This document shows, piece by piece, positions 16,225 to 22,616 of a DNA stretch of 23,813 nucleotides. The notes beneath the pieces are model-generated. The model did no database searches, was not told the origin of the DNA, and saw nothing but the letters and a program-made list of their open reading frames with translations. The translations under genes were made by a program, and so were the position numbers. Numbering within the stretch: position 1 is the stretch's first letter; each line of letters starts with the position of its first letter. The stretch spans positions 1 to 23,813 of the forward strand of contig JAAOXU010000003.1 in the NCBI GenBank assembly GCA_018220935.1. Reading direction: 5' to 3'. This DNA comes from Candidatus Altiarchaeota archaeon. Lineage in GTDB: Archaea > SpSt-1190.

Positions 16225-16439
16225 TAACTCACCCTATATGCATTTGAAGCAAACTTATGTTTGCACTTAGCACACTGCCAAATGCCCGCTTCAATTCTTG
16301 AAACTTTTTTTGCACCACATTTTGTGCAATTTTGAAGTCTTCCCACGTATCCACCCTCAATTTCATTAAGACGGCGTCTGGGTTTAAGACCAAATTTTGA
16401 TCCAAATCGTTTTACTGTTCTCATTTTTTCTTTTGGCAT
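16224..16439 (-). CDS. rpl37ae: 50S ribosomal protein L37Ae (eL43)
   Basis: 71 aa. MPKEKMRTVKRFGSKFG...CTKCGAKKVSRIEAGIWQCAKCKHKFASNAYRVS is the eL43 C4 zinc ribbon. The start overlaps the upstream stop by 1 nt (TAATG). Confidence 0.85.
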   Translation of the reverse strand: MPKEKMRTVKRFGSKFGLKPRRRLNEIEGGYVGRLQNCTKCGAKKVSRIEAGIWQCAKCKHKFASNAYRVS

Positions 16440-16657
16440 TATTTACCACCCATTGTGAATGCGAGTCCAATTAACCCAACCACTGATATTACTACCAATA
16501 CTAAAGGGTCTTGACTAAGGAGCAAATCTAAGAGGTTTAAAAGCTCTCCGGTAGTGTATAGATAGTACAAACCATAGCCGATTCCACCTAAAATGCCTAA
16601 AAAGGAGAGTTTTTTGATAAATCCCCACAATTTGTGCAATAAAGGTGTGTCACTCAT
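16439..16657 (-). CDS. small hypothetical membrane protein (2 predicted TM helices), first gene of the L37ae-rpoP-pcc1-pfdB array
   Basis: 72 aa, two hydrophobic segments. ATG at 16657 lies about 25 nt downstream of a TTATAA box (leaderless geometry). Confidence 0.4.
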   Translation of the reverse strand: MSDTPLLHKLWGFIKKLSFLGILGGIGYGLYYLYTTGELLNLLDLLLSQDPLVLVVISVVGLIGLAFTMGGK

Positions 16658-16678
16658 GAAAAAACGTGTTAGATAAGA

Positions 16679-16684
16679 TTATAA
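16679..16684. promoter_or_regulatory. TTATAA TATA-like box positioned for divergent transcription
   Basis: Centre 16681.5. It lies 24.5 nt upstream of the ATG at 16657 on the minus strand and 26 nt upstream of 16708 on the plus strand, where the candidate C/D-box RNA begins. Confidence 0.35.
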
Positions 16685-16707
16685 GGCTTTGCGGACTTAA
16701 GTGTTTT

Positions 16708-16773
16708 GTGAGGAACCCTAGGGTATCTGACGCCTTTAACCAAGGACCGGGTGATGATGCCGACCCAATCTGA
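16708..16773 (+). ncRNA. candidate C/D-box sRNA (2'-O-methylation guide)
   Basis: Plus strand reads GTGAGGA (C-like box) - 12 nt - CTGA (D') - 21 nt - GTGATGA (perfect RUGAUGA, 16751-16757) - 12 nt - CTGA (16770-16773). The two 12-nt spacers are the canonical guide length. Intergenic, and preceded at -26 by a TATA-like box. Confidence 0.3.
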
Positions 16774-16781
16774 TTCGTTTC

Positions 16782-17087
16782 TTAGAAACGTTTATGGGTT
16801 CTAGTTTTATTATATTCCACTTTTTTCTTTATAACACGGAGTGCATCTTCTCCTAAAATATCACAAATAGATATTGCATAAATTAGAACGTCTGCAATTT
16901 CATCAAGCAGTTTATCTTTGTTGTTAATTTCCCCCCTTGGCGCTCTATTGCTACTAAGGTATTCACTTGAGAATTCACCAAATTCTTCAACCATACACAT
17001 TAATTCAATTGCGATATCATCAACATTAAAATTTCTAGAACGTTTATTTCTCATAATTTCGCTTTGAATTTCACTTAAAATCTCCAT
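16782..17087 (-). CDS. MazG-like nucleoside triphosphate pyrophosphohydrolase (small all-alpha NTP-PPase)
   Basis: 101 aa. EEFGEFSSEY...LLDEIADVLIYAISICDILGED matches the MazG/EEXX(E/D) metal-binding helices and the elaDvliy motif. Confidence 0.6.
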   Translation of the reverse strand: MEILSEIQSEIMRNKRSRNFNVDDIAIELMCMVEEFGEFSSEYLSSNRAPRGEINNKDKLLDEIADVLIYAISICDILGEDALRVIKKKVEYNKTRTHKRF

Positions 17088-17112
17088 GTCTTAGTAAAAC
17101 ACAAAAACTATT

Positions 17113-18837
17113 TTACTGTTTTGATTTTTTTCCCGCTTGCGGGATTTTCCCGCTTCGTTTGATTTCGCCCTCAATTAATTCCATAATCAACTTACCCGAA
17201 ACCTTACCCCTGTATTTTCCCATAACTTGACCCATTAAGCCCCTTGATGCATTAGGGTTATCTAAAATATATTCTTTTTTTTCACTTACCAGAGTTTTTA
17301 TGAAACGTTTAACTTCCAAAAGATCAGCATCAGTTTCAAGAGTTTTACCAGATGAAAGTGTTTCAAGCCCATGAAGTATACCATCTTTTGGTAATTTTCC
17401 TAATTTGTGGAGTTTTAGAACTTCAAGAATATGAATCTCTTTTACATCCAAACCTTGTCGTCTTAAGGACGGTAAAATTTCAGTAATTATCATACCTAAA
17501 ACTGGTTCACCTCCTAATTTTTCAAATAGGTAGTAGTCTGAACTCAAGAAAAGTTTTTTTGCAATTTCTTTTGGTAAAATTTTTTCCAGTCGTTCACGTC
17601 TAACTTCAGGTTTTTCAAGGTCTTTTACATCTGGCAAAGTAAACGGTAAGATATCTGTTTCTGGATACATTCTCGCCCCAGTTGGAAGAGGTCTTAGGTA
17701 ACTAGTTGAAGCATCAATATTGGCACGTCTTGTGTCTTCAGTTACTCCACCAGAAAGTTGATTTAACCTTTCTTTGATTAGTTTAAGGGGTTCTTTTGAT
17801 CCCGCAGATAAGACAATTAAGTCATTAGCTTTAGCTTTCAGTTTGATTTTTATTTTTTTTAGTTCTTTTACTGGAGATTTTTCATCACTATGTAGGTATC
17901 CACCAAATCCATAAGACTTGACGTATTCAGCCAATTCACGCCCAAGGTGTTTACCCTGGTGTAGATTAGTTGCAAAAAGTCCACTTGCACCTTCAACAAT
18001 AGCGGCATAAACTGGTTTTTTTGCTAAGATTTTATTAGTTGAATTTAGAAACAATTCTGAAACGTCTTCTATTTTTGAGAACTTTACACTTAATTTCCCT
18101 TTTAATTTTACAATTGATTTTTGCCGTTCTACTTCAAATTCAACTAGTTTTGGAATTAAATCAAGGTCTTGAACCCCTTTCACTTCAACTCGCCTACCTG
18201 CAGGAATTGAAATATTCAGGTCTTGTCTTATGGTGCCAAGCCCTCGCTTAACTTTAGCCATTCTAAATAAAGTTCCTAATTTCTTTGCGACCCTTTTAGC
18301 TTCCTCCCCACTAGTTATTTGAGGCTCAGTTGCAACTTCAATTAAGGGCACTCCGAGTCGATCTAGGTTAAATCCATCTTTAAACGGTCTTGAAGAGTCC
18401 TCTTCAACACTAATAGTTGAGATCCCAATACCATCAATATTACCATGAGTTGCTATTAGTGCAGTTCTTTGAAAACCAGTCACAGCCGAACCATCAATTA
18501 ATATTTTTCGCATAATTTGGACTTCATCTAATAAGTGAGCATGTAAAAGTTTGGAGATTTGAGTTGCAATAGTTATTGCTTTTTTGTCCGCAATAAGTGG
18601 GGGTTCTTCATCCCATTCAATTGCACAAGTGTGTTTGGTGTTAGCATAATACTTTAGTGTCTTACTTTTTCGTGATTCTTGAAGCACAGCCCTATCAACT
18701 TTTCCTAACTCACTGACTACAGGTCTAAGGGTTCGCATAAATTCTAAGTCATAATCATCACTAAGGTGCACAGGACACCGACAAAAAAGTTTTCCAGTAT
18801 CAAGTTGCTGATGCATTTCTAGACCTATTTTTACCAT
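17113..18837 (-). CDS. gatE: glutamyl-tRNA(Gln) amidotransferase subunit E
   Basis: MVKIGLEMHQQLDTGKLFCRCP is the GatE N-terminal signature. The full-length protein has an AspRS-like insertion and a GatB-like tail. The ATG at 18837 is correctly spaced from the TTTTATATTT box; the track's TTG start at 18855 would add 6 residues. Confidence 0.85.
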   Translation of the reverse strand: MVKIGLEMHQQLDTGKLFCRCPVHLSDDYDLEFMRTLRPVVSELGKVDRAVLQESRKSKTLKYYANTKHTCAIEWDEEPPLIADKKAITIATQISKLLHAHLLDEVQIMRKILIDGSAVTGFQRTALIATHGNIDGIGISTISVEEDSSRPFKDGFNLDRLGVPLIEVATEPQITSGEEAKRVAKKLGTLFRMAKVKRGLGTIRQDLNISIPAGRRVEVKGVQDLDLIPKLVEFEVERQKSIVKLKGKLSVKFSKIEDVSELFLNSTNKILAKKPVYAAIVEGASGLFATNLHQGKHLGRELAEYVKSYGFGGYLHSDEKSPVKELKKIKIKLKAKANDLIVLSAGSKEPLKLIKERLNQLSGGVTEDTRRANIDASTSYLRPLPTGARMYPETDILPFTLPDVKDLEKPEVRRERLEKILPKEIAKKLFLSSDYYLFEKLGGEPVLGMIITEILPSLRRQGLDVKEIHILEVLKLHKLGKLPKDGILHGLETLSSGKTLETDADLLEVKRFIKTLVSEKKEYILDNPNASRGLMGQVMGKYRGKVSGKLIMELIEGEIKRSGKIPQAGKKSKQ

Positions 18838-18858
18838 CACTAAAGCATTAGACAAGTC

Positions 18859-18868
18859 TTTTATATTT
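18859..18868. promoter_or_regulatory. TTTTATATTT TATA-like box between divergent gatE and stomatin genes
   Basis: Centre about 18863.5. It lies 26 nt upstream of the gatE ATG (18837, minus) and about 24 nt upstream of an in-frame GTG (18887) of the stomatin gene. Confidence 0.35.
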
Positions 18869-18877
18869 CAATTACTG

Positions 18878-19840
18878 TTGTCTACTGTGGGAAAGGCCTG
18901 GAAAGAAACTCAAAAACAGTTCCACACTGAAATGGAGACTGTTTTGGTTCTAGTTATCATTACTACACTTCTACTGATGTTTGTTCCCGTAGTTAGGGAC
19001 TATGTTGAGTGGATGCTCGCTTTTGTCGGTTTTCTCATACTACTTCAGATTTTAAGAGCTCTAACTATAATAAATGAGGTCAGGGAGTATGAGAGACTAG
19101 CAGTTTTTAGACTAGGACATTTTCACAAAATTGCTGGACCTGGTTGGATATTTTTAATCCCTTTCTTTGAGAAAGCAGAAAAACTGGACTTACGAGTCCA
19201 GAAAATGGATATCCCACCTCAAGAAGTCATAACAGCCGATGAAATTCGTGTTGGAACTGACATGATTGTTTATTACAAAATTAAAGATCCCGCAAAAGCA
19301 GTTTTAGCAGTTAAAGATTTTGAAGATACAGTTACAGGATACATTTATGCGGCACTAAGAGATATTGCAAGTAATTTAACTCTAAATGAATTATATTCAG
19401 AAATTGAAAAAGTTAATGACATTGTTAAGGTTAAGATTGAGCCTATGACTATGGAATGGGGTGTAAGTGTAATTGATGTTGAAGTTCAAAATATGAGAAT
19501 TCCAGATTCGATTCAAAGTGCCATGCACTTTAGAAGAACTGCCAAGGAAGAATGGGCAGCAGCACAATATCAAGCAAGAGCACAACGCACTTTAATTGAA
19601 GCAGTTGCAGAAGCAGCCGGTAAAATGAGTGATAAAGCACTCCAATACTTATACATCAAAGAAACCTTGCCCGAGCTTGCCAAGGGAGAAAGTACTAAGA
19701 TTGTATTTCCAGCCACATTCCCAAAGCTCCCACTTGGAGTTGAGAAAGGTATTGAAGAGACTGCAAGTCTTAATTTAGGTGGACTTGCTAGTGATGATTC
19801 TAGTATTGCTATGAAGAAAAAGAAGAAGAAAGAAGACTAA
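18878..19840 (+). CDS. SPFH/band-7 (stomatin/prohibitin-like) membrane protein
   Basis: N-terminal TM followed by EYERLAVFRLGHF...GPGW.FLIPFF, the stomatin core, and a C-terminal coiled coil with a Lys-rich tail. The true start is probably GTG 18887 or ATG 18932 rather than TTG 18878. Confidence 0.85.
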   Translation: MSTVGKAWKETQKQFHTEMETVLVLVIITTLLLMFVPVVRDYVEWMLAFVGFLILLQILRALTIINEVREYERLAVFRLGHFHKIAGPGWIFLIPFFEKAEKLDLRVQKMDIPPQEVITADEIRVGTDMIVYYKIKDPAKAVLAVKDFEDTVTGYIYAALRDIASNLTLNELYSEIEKVNDIVKVKIEPMTMEWGVSVIDVEVQNMRIPDSIQSAMHFRRTAKEEWAAAQYQARAQRTLIEAVAEAAGKMSDKALQYLYIKETLPELAKGESTKIVFPATFPKLPLGVEKGIEETASLNLGGLASDDSSIAMKKKKKKED

Positions 19841-20043
19841 CGCATATAATATATTAAACTCAAAGTCAGCCCAACACCAATATATGCCATTTCATCGGAG
19901 AGTCCAAGATAATAAAACAAGGTTGCAATCATTAGTGCGCCACCAATTTGAATAAAAAACTTTAGTGAATCTTTTCGTGCAATAACGTACATCATAAGTA
20001 AGAATGAAGCCAAAACCCCAATTGCAAACACTTGTATTAACAC
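19837..20043 (-). CDS. small hypothetical membrane protein (2 TM)
   Basis: 68 aa, two hydrophobic helices. Last gene of a three-gene minus-strand array. Its 3' end overlaps the stomatin stop by 4 nt. Confidence 0.35.
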   Translation of the reverse strand: MLIQVFAIGVLASFLLMMYVIARKDSLKFFIQIGGALMIATLFYYLGLSDEMAYIGVGLTLSLIYYMR

Positions 20044-20066
20044 TTAAATTCACTACCTTAAGTCTC

Positions 20067-20426
20067 TTATATTCTTTTTAGTATCTTTCTTAACTCCTTT
20101 TTCTCAGGGAAAATTTGTAGTCCCGATTTGTTTAGGAGTTCAGCCACCACCCAAAGCTTTGCAAAGCCTCGGTAGTCCTTACTAATCTCAGCATTTTTTA
20201 TGGCTTTTCTTGCAATACTAGCAAATTGTTTGACAACATCTTCAATTTCAGGAGTTAAACTTTCAACCTCTTTTTTTAAATTAGGAAATAAATCCCCCAT
20301 TTTATAGTGAATTGTTCCTTCAACTAAAGCGCCAAACGCCAGTAGTTTTTCTGTGTTCCCATCGTATCTCATTTTAAAAAGTGATTTCCAATCAGATGTC
20401 TCAACAATAAATGATGCCGTTTCCAT
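20067..20426 (-). CDS. hypothetical soluble protein (predicted all-alpha), middle gene of the HAD-like operon
   Basis: 119 aa, no recognisable motif. 23-nt and 41-nt gaps to neighbours on the same strand. Confidence 0.35.
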   Translation of the reverse strand: METASFIVETSDWKSLFKMRYDGNTEKLLAFGALVEGTIHYKMGDLFPNLKKEVESLTPEIEDVVKQFASIARKAIKNAEISKDYRGFAKLWVVAELLNKSGLQIFPEKKELRKILKRI

Positions 20427-20467
20427 AACCTTTGCTAAGTTAGCTAATTAAAAAGATTGTGTGATTT

Positions 20468-21649
20468 TTACAGTGAATTATACTGTATGTCACTAACTAA
20501 ATTAGGAAGATCACTAAGATTAGCATACCCAATTGCTTTGGGGTTTCCATTTGAAAATATTGCGACATCATATGAGCTGGGGTTTCCATTAACTTTAGAA
20601 TTATGAGTTAACACACCATTGACATATTTACTTGAAGCAGGGACATGCAAATTTGTTACTGGATTCACTTCTAAAAAGTCAGAATACTTTGAAATTTGCT
20701 CATCATCCCAACTAAAATAGTGTTTTAGGGCAGAAAGAATTCCATCACTTGACACTGCGTCAGTAAGAGAGTTACCAACTGAAACTACAATCCTGTCATA
20801 GTTATTCTCATCAAATTTTTCACCTTCATTTAAGGTGTGATATTCTCGTCTTGACCATTCAACTAAAGATGCAGCATAAAACTCTTTAGCCCTTTGTGCA
20901 CCCGTACCATGGCGTCTTACGTGACTTTTTTTGGATACTAAACTAGAAAGTAATGTTCCGGGTTTTGTAGTTGATGCTATATTAGTATATATTTGACCAA
21001 CTCGCTCAAAGAAGTCAGTTTCAGTTTGAATATCACCAATTTCATAATGTTTATCCAAATCAACTAATCTATCACCTGGCGCATGTTGATCTTCATGCTC
21101 CCCATCATACAACCCCCTAATGCCTTGAACTCTCAATTGTTCTGAATTTAGATTAGAATCAACGAGTTGTTGGTAAATCCAAGGTTTAATTGGCTCATCA
21201 ATAGCCATAGTAACAACAGCAACTTGATTGTTTTCACCTTCAAGAATTTGCTTTACTAAATTAATTAGCGGATCAAACGGTACAAGTTTTGCATATCCAT
21301 TATCTTCACCATTTAGCTCAACCCTCAAATCATCCCACTTAAGACCATCACCTGCAAAAAGTTTTATAGCCGAAATTAATCCAAAAAGATCACGTGGTTT
21401 TGGATCTGCATCCTGATTATCAGTTCTTTTATGTTTTAAATGATCATAAACTTTTCTTGATATAAAACCAAAGACTTTACCATAATCCTCATGCATTGAA
21501 ATGTTGTCTAAAACCGCAGCAAGCCAAGCACTATTTACACCTATTTCTTGCTCAGTTAGTGTATCATCGTTATCAAAAATGTAAATGTTTTTTGGCACGT
21601 ACACCTCAAGACGCTCTAAAACAGTTTCTTGTTCGGTGAGTTGTGCCAC
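20468..21649 (-). CDS. large atypical HAD-superfamily-like hydrolase/phosphatase with extended cap insertions
   Basis: 393 aa, GTG start. Motif I as IYIFDNDDTLT (DxDxT after a hydrophobic strand), motif II as VAVVTMA, and a motif-IV-like VVSVGNSLTD. Very acidic and Asn/Ser/Tyr-rich, unlike its neighbours. No TM. Confidence 0.4.
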   Translation of the reverse strand: MAQLTEQETVLERLEVYVPKNIYIFDNDDTLTEQEIGVNSAWLAAVLDNISMHEDYGKVFGFISRKVYDHLKHKRTDNQDADPKPRDLFGLISAIKLFAGDGLKWDDLRVELNGEDNGYAKLVPFDPLINLVKQILEGENNQVAVVTMAIDEPIKPWIYQQLVDSNLNSEQLRVQGIRGLYDGEHEDQHAPGDRLVDLDKHYEIGDIQTETDFFERVGQIYTNIASTTKPGTLLSSLVSKKSHVRRHGTGAQRAKEFYAASLVEWSRREYHTLNEGEKFDENNYDRIVVSVGNSLTDAVSSDGILSALKHYFSWDDEQISKYSDFLEVNPVTNLHVPASSKYVNGVLTHNSKVNGNPSSYDVAIFSNGNPKAIGYANLSDLPNLVSDIQYNSL

Positions 21650-21751
21650 AGGTTGTTGAATTATACTTCATTAATAAGGGTTTTGATTGACGTGTTTTTA
21701 TTCGACACCTGACGAGCATTTAGCTTTTATGTTTGTAGACTTAAGTCAGTT

Positions 21752-22390
21752 ATGGATGTTCTAAAGGGAGAAATTGCATCATTAGTTTGGCAGTCACCAA
21801 ACACCTTATACCTAAACGTCAAACTTGAAAAACCAATTGAACTTGAAGTTGGAAAATTTGTGAAACTAAAATACAAAGAAATTGAACGTGCTTACACAAT
21901 TTGTAATCAAGAAAAGACGAACTTACTAGAAATTTTTATCAAATTAAAAGAGGGTGGTAAAATGAGTGAAGCCCTAAAAACTGCTAAAGTTGGGGACAAA
22001 ATGGATGTCACTGGCCCCTTTACTGAAGTTGAATTTAAGACTAATAAAATTCTTGCACTAGGGGGCGGAAGTGGCATGGCTGCTTTTATTGCATTATTAC
22101 GGGAAAATGAAATCAAAGGAGATAGAAAAATTGTCGCATTTTTTAGTGCAAAGAAACTTGTTGAGATTGGATTTTTAGAGGAACTTCTTAACCTAAAAAA
22201 ATCAAAAGTAATTATCACACTAACTCAGGAAAAAGTTGAGGGACATGAGCACGGCAGAATAAATAGAGAGATGGTGGAAAAGTACGTTGACCCAAGTAAG
22301 TACTCCGTTTTTGCATGTGGACCCAAACCCTTCACAATCGCGTGTGGAGATATGCTAAAAGAATTCAAACCGCATCTTATGATGTGGTAG
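21752..22390 (+). CDS. FNR-like FAD/NAD(P)-binding oxidoreductase (PyrK / sulfhydrogenase-gamma-like, without Fe-S domain)
   Basis: 212 aa. RAYTI (RxY(S/T) FAD motif), GGGSGMAAF (NAD(P)-binding GGxGxxP-like) and C-terminal FACGPKP. Confidence 0.55.
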   Translation: MDVLKGEIASLVWQSPNTLYLNVKLEKPIELEVGKFVKLKYKEIERAYTICNQEKTNLLEIFIKLKEGGKMSEALKTAKVGDKMDVTGPFTEVEFKTNKILALGGGSGMAAFIALLRENEIKGDRKIVAFFSAKKLVEIGFLEELLNLKKSKVIITLTQEKVEGHEHGRINREMVEKYVDPSKYSVFACGPKPFTIACGDMLKEFKPHLMMW

Positions 22391-22421
22391 TTTTTGATAA
22401 ACCTTTTTCTAAAAGGTTTAG

Positions 22422-22495
22422 TGCGCCAACCGGGATTTGAACCCGGGCTGGTGGCTTGGCAAGCCACTGTCATGGCCAAACTAGACTATTGGCGC
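22422..22495 (-). tRNA. tRNA-Gly (anticodon GCC)
   Basis: Minus-strand transcript GCGCCAA-TA-GTCTAGTTTGGCCATGAC-A-GTGGC-TTGCCAA-GCCAC-CAGC-CCGGG-TTCAAAT-CCCGG-TTGGCGC-A folds by hand into a cloverleaf. It has a 7-bp acceptor stem, U8, A14, GG in the D loop, a 5-bp anticodon stem with a 7-nt loop carrying GCC at positions 34-36, and a 5-bp T stem with a TTCAAAT loop. No encoded CCA. Confidence 0.85.
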
Positions 22496-22522
22496 GTTGT
22501 AGCAAAGCAAATTAGCCTTTAA

Positions 22523-22543
22523 TAGTTTAAAATACTTGAGTAA
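22523..22543. repeat. 21-nt direct repeat copy 1 (TAGTTTAAAATACTTGAGTAA) upstream of tRNA-Gly
   Basis: Exact 21/21 identity with 22594-22614. Contains TTTAAAATA (TATA-like), centred about 35 nt upstream of the tRNA 5' end on the minus strand. Copy 1 is also part of the palindrome TTGAGTAAACTCAA. Confidence 0.5.
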
Positions 22544-22593
22544 ACTCAAAAGTTATTGTACTGTGGGGTTTAGAAAGGGGCAAAGCCCCTTCT

Positions 22594-22614
22594 TAGTTTA
22601 AAATACTTGAGTAA
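22594..22614. repeat. 21-nt direct repeat copy 2, immediately after the transporter stop codon
   Basis: Exact copy of 22523-22543. Separated from copy 1 by 50 nt containing the GC-rich hairpin AAGGGGC-AAA-GCCCCTT (22574-22590). Confidence 0.5.
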
Positions 22615-22616
22615 GT

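Noticed and set aside
17101-17170. Repeated CCCGCTTGCGGG / CCCGCTTCG elements near the gatE stop
   Set aside because: They lie inside the gatE coding frame (encoding ...GKIPQAGKKSKQ) and are explained by repeated Pro-Gln-Ala/Ser-Gly codons.
18039-19585. Antisense ORFs 18039..18251 and 19397..19585
   Set aside because: Embedded in gatE and the stomatin gene. Low complexity.
21228-21416. 62-aa antisense ORF inside the HAD-like gene
   Set aside because: Fully embedded, low complexity.
21690-21720. CTGACGAG motif reminiscent of the hammerhead ribozyme CUGAnGA core
   Set aside because: No downstream GAAA element and no plausible stem I/II/III arrangement. It sits in a divergent promoter region.
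21907-22218. 103-aa antisense ORF inside the FNR-like gene
   Set aside because: Fully embedded, low complexity.
22225-22479. 84-aa minus-strand ORF overlapping the tRNA-Gly gene
   Set aside because: Its sequence is the tRNA itself plus the flank of the FNR-like gene. The tRNA cloverleaf is far better supported.
22422-22616. The duplicated 21-mer as attL/attR of an integrated element at the tRNA
   Set aside because: The repeats lie 5' of the tRNA and do not overlap its 3' half. Only 71 nt separate them and no integrase is nearby. A promoter-duplication or small-RNA explanation is more economical, though not proven.
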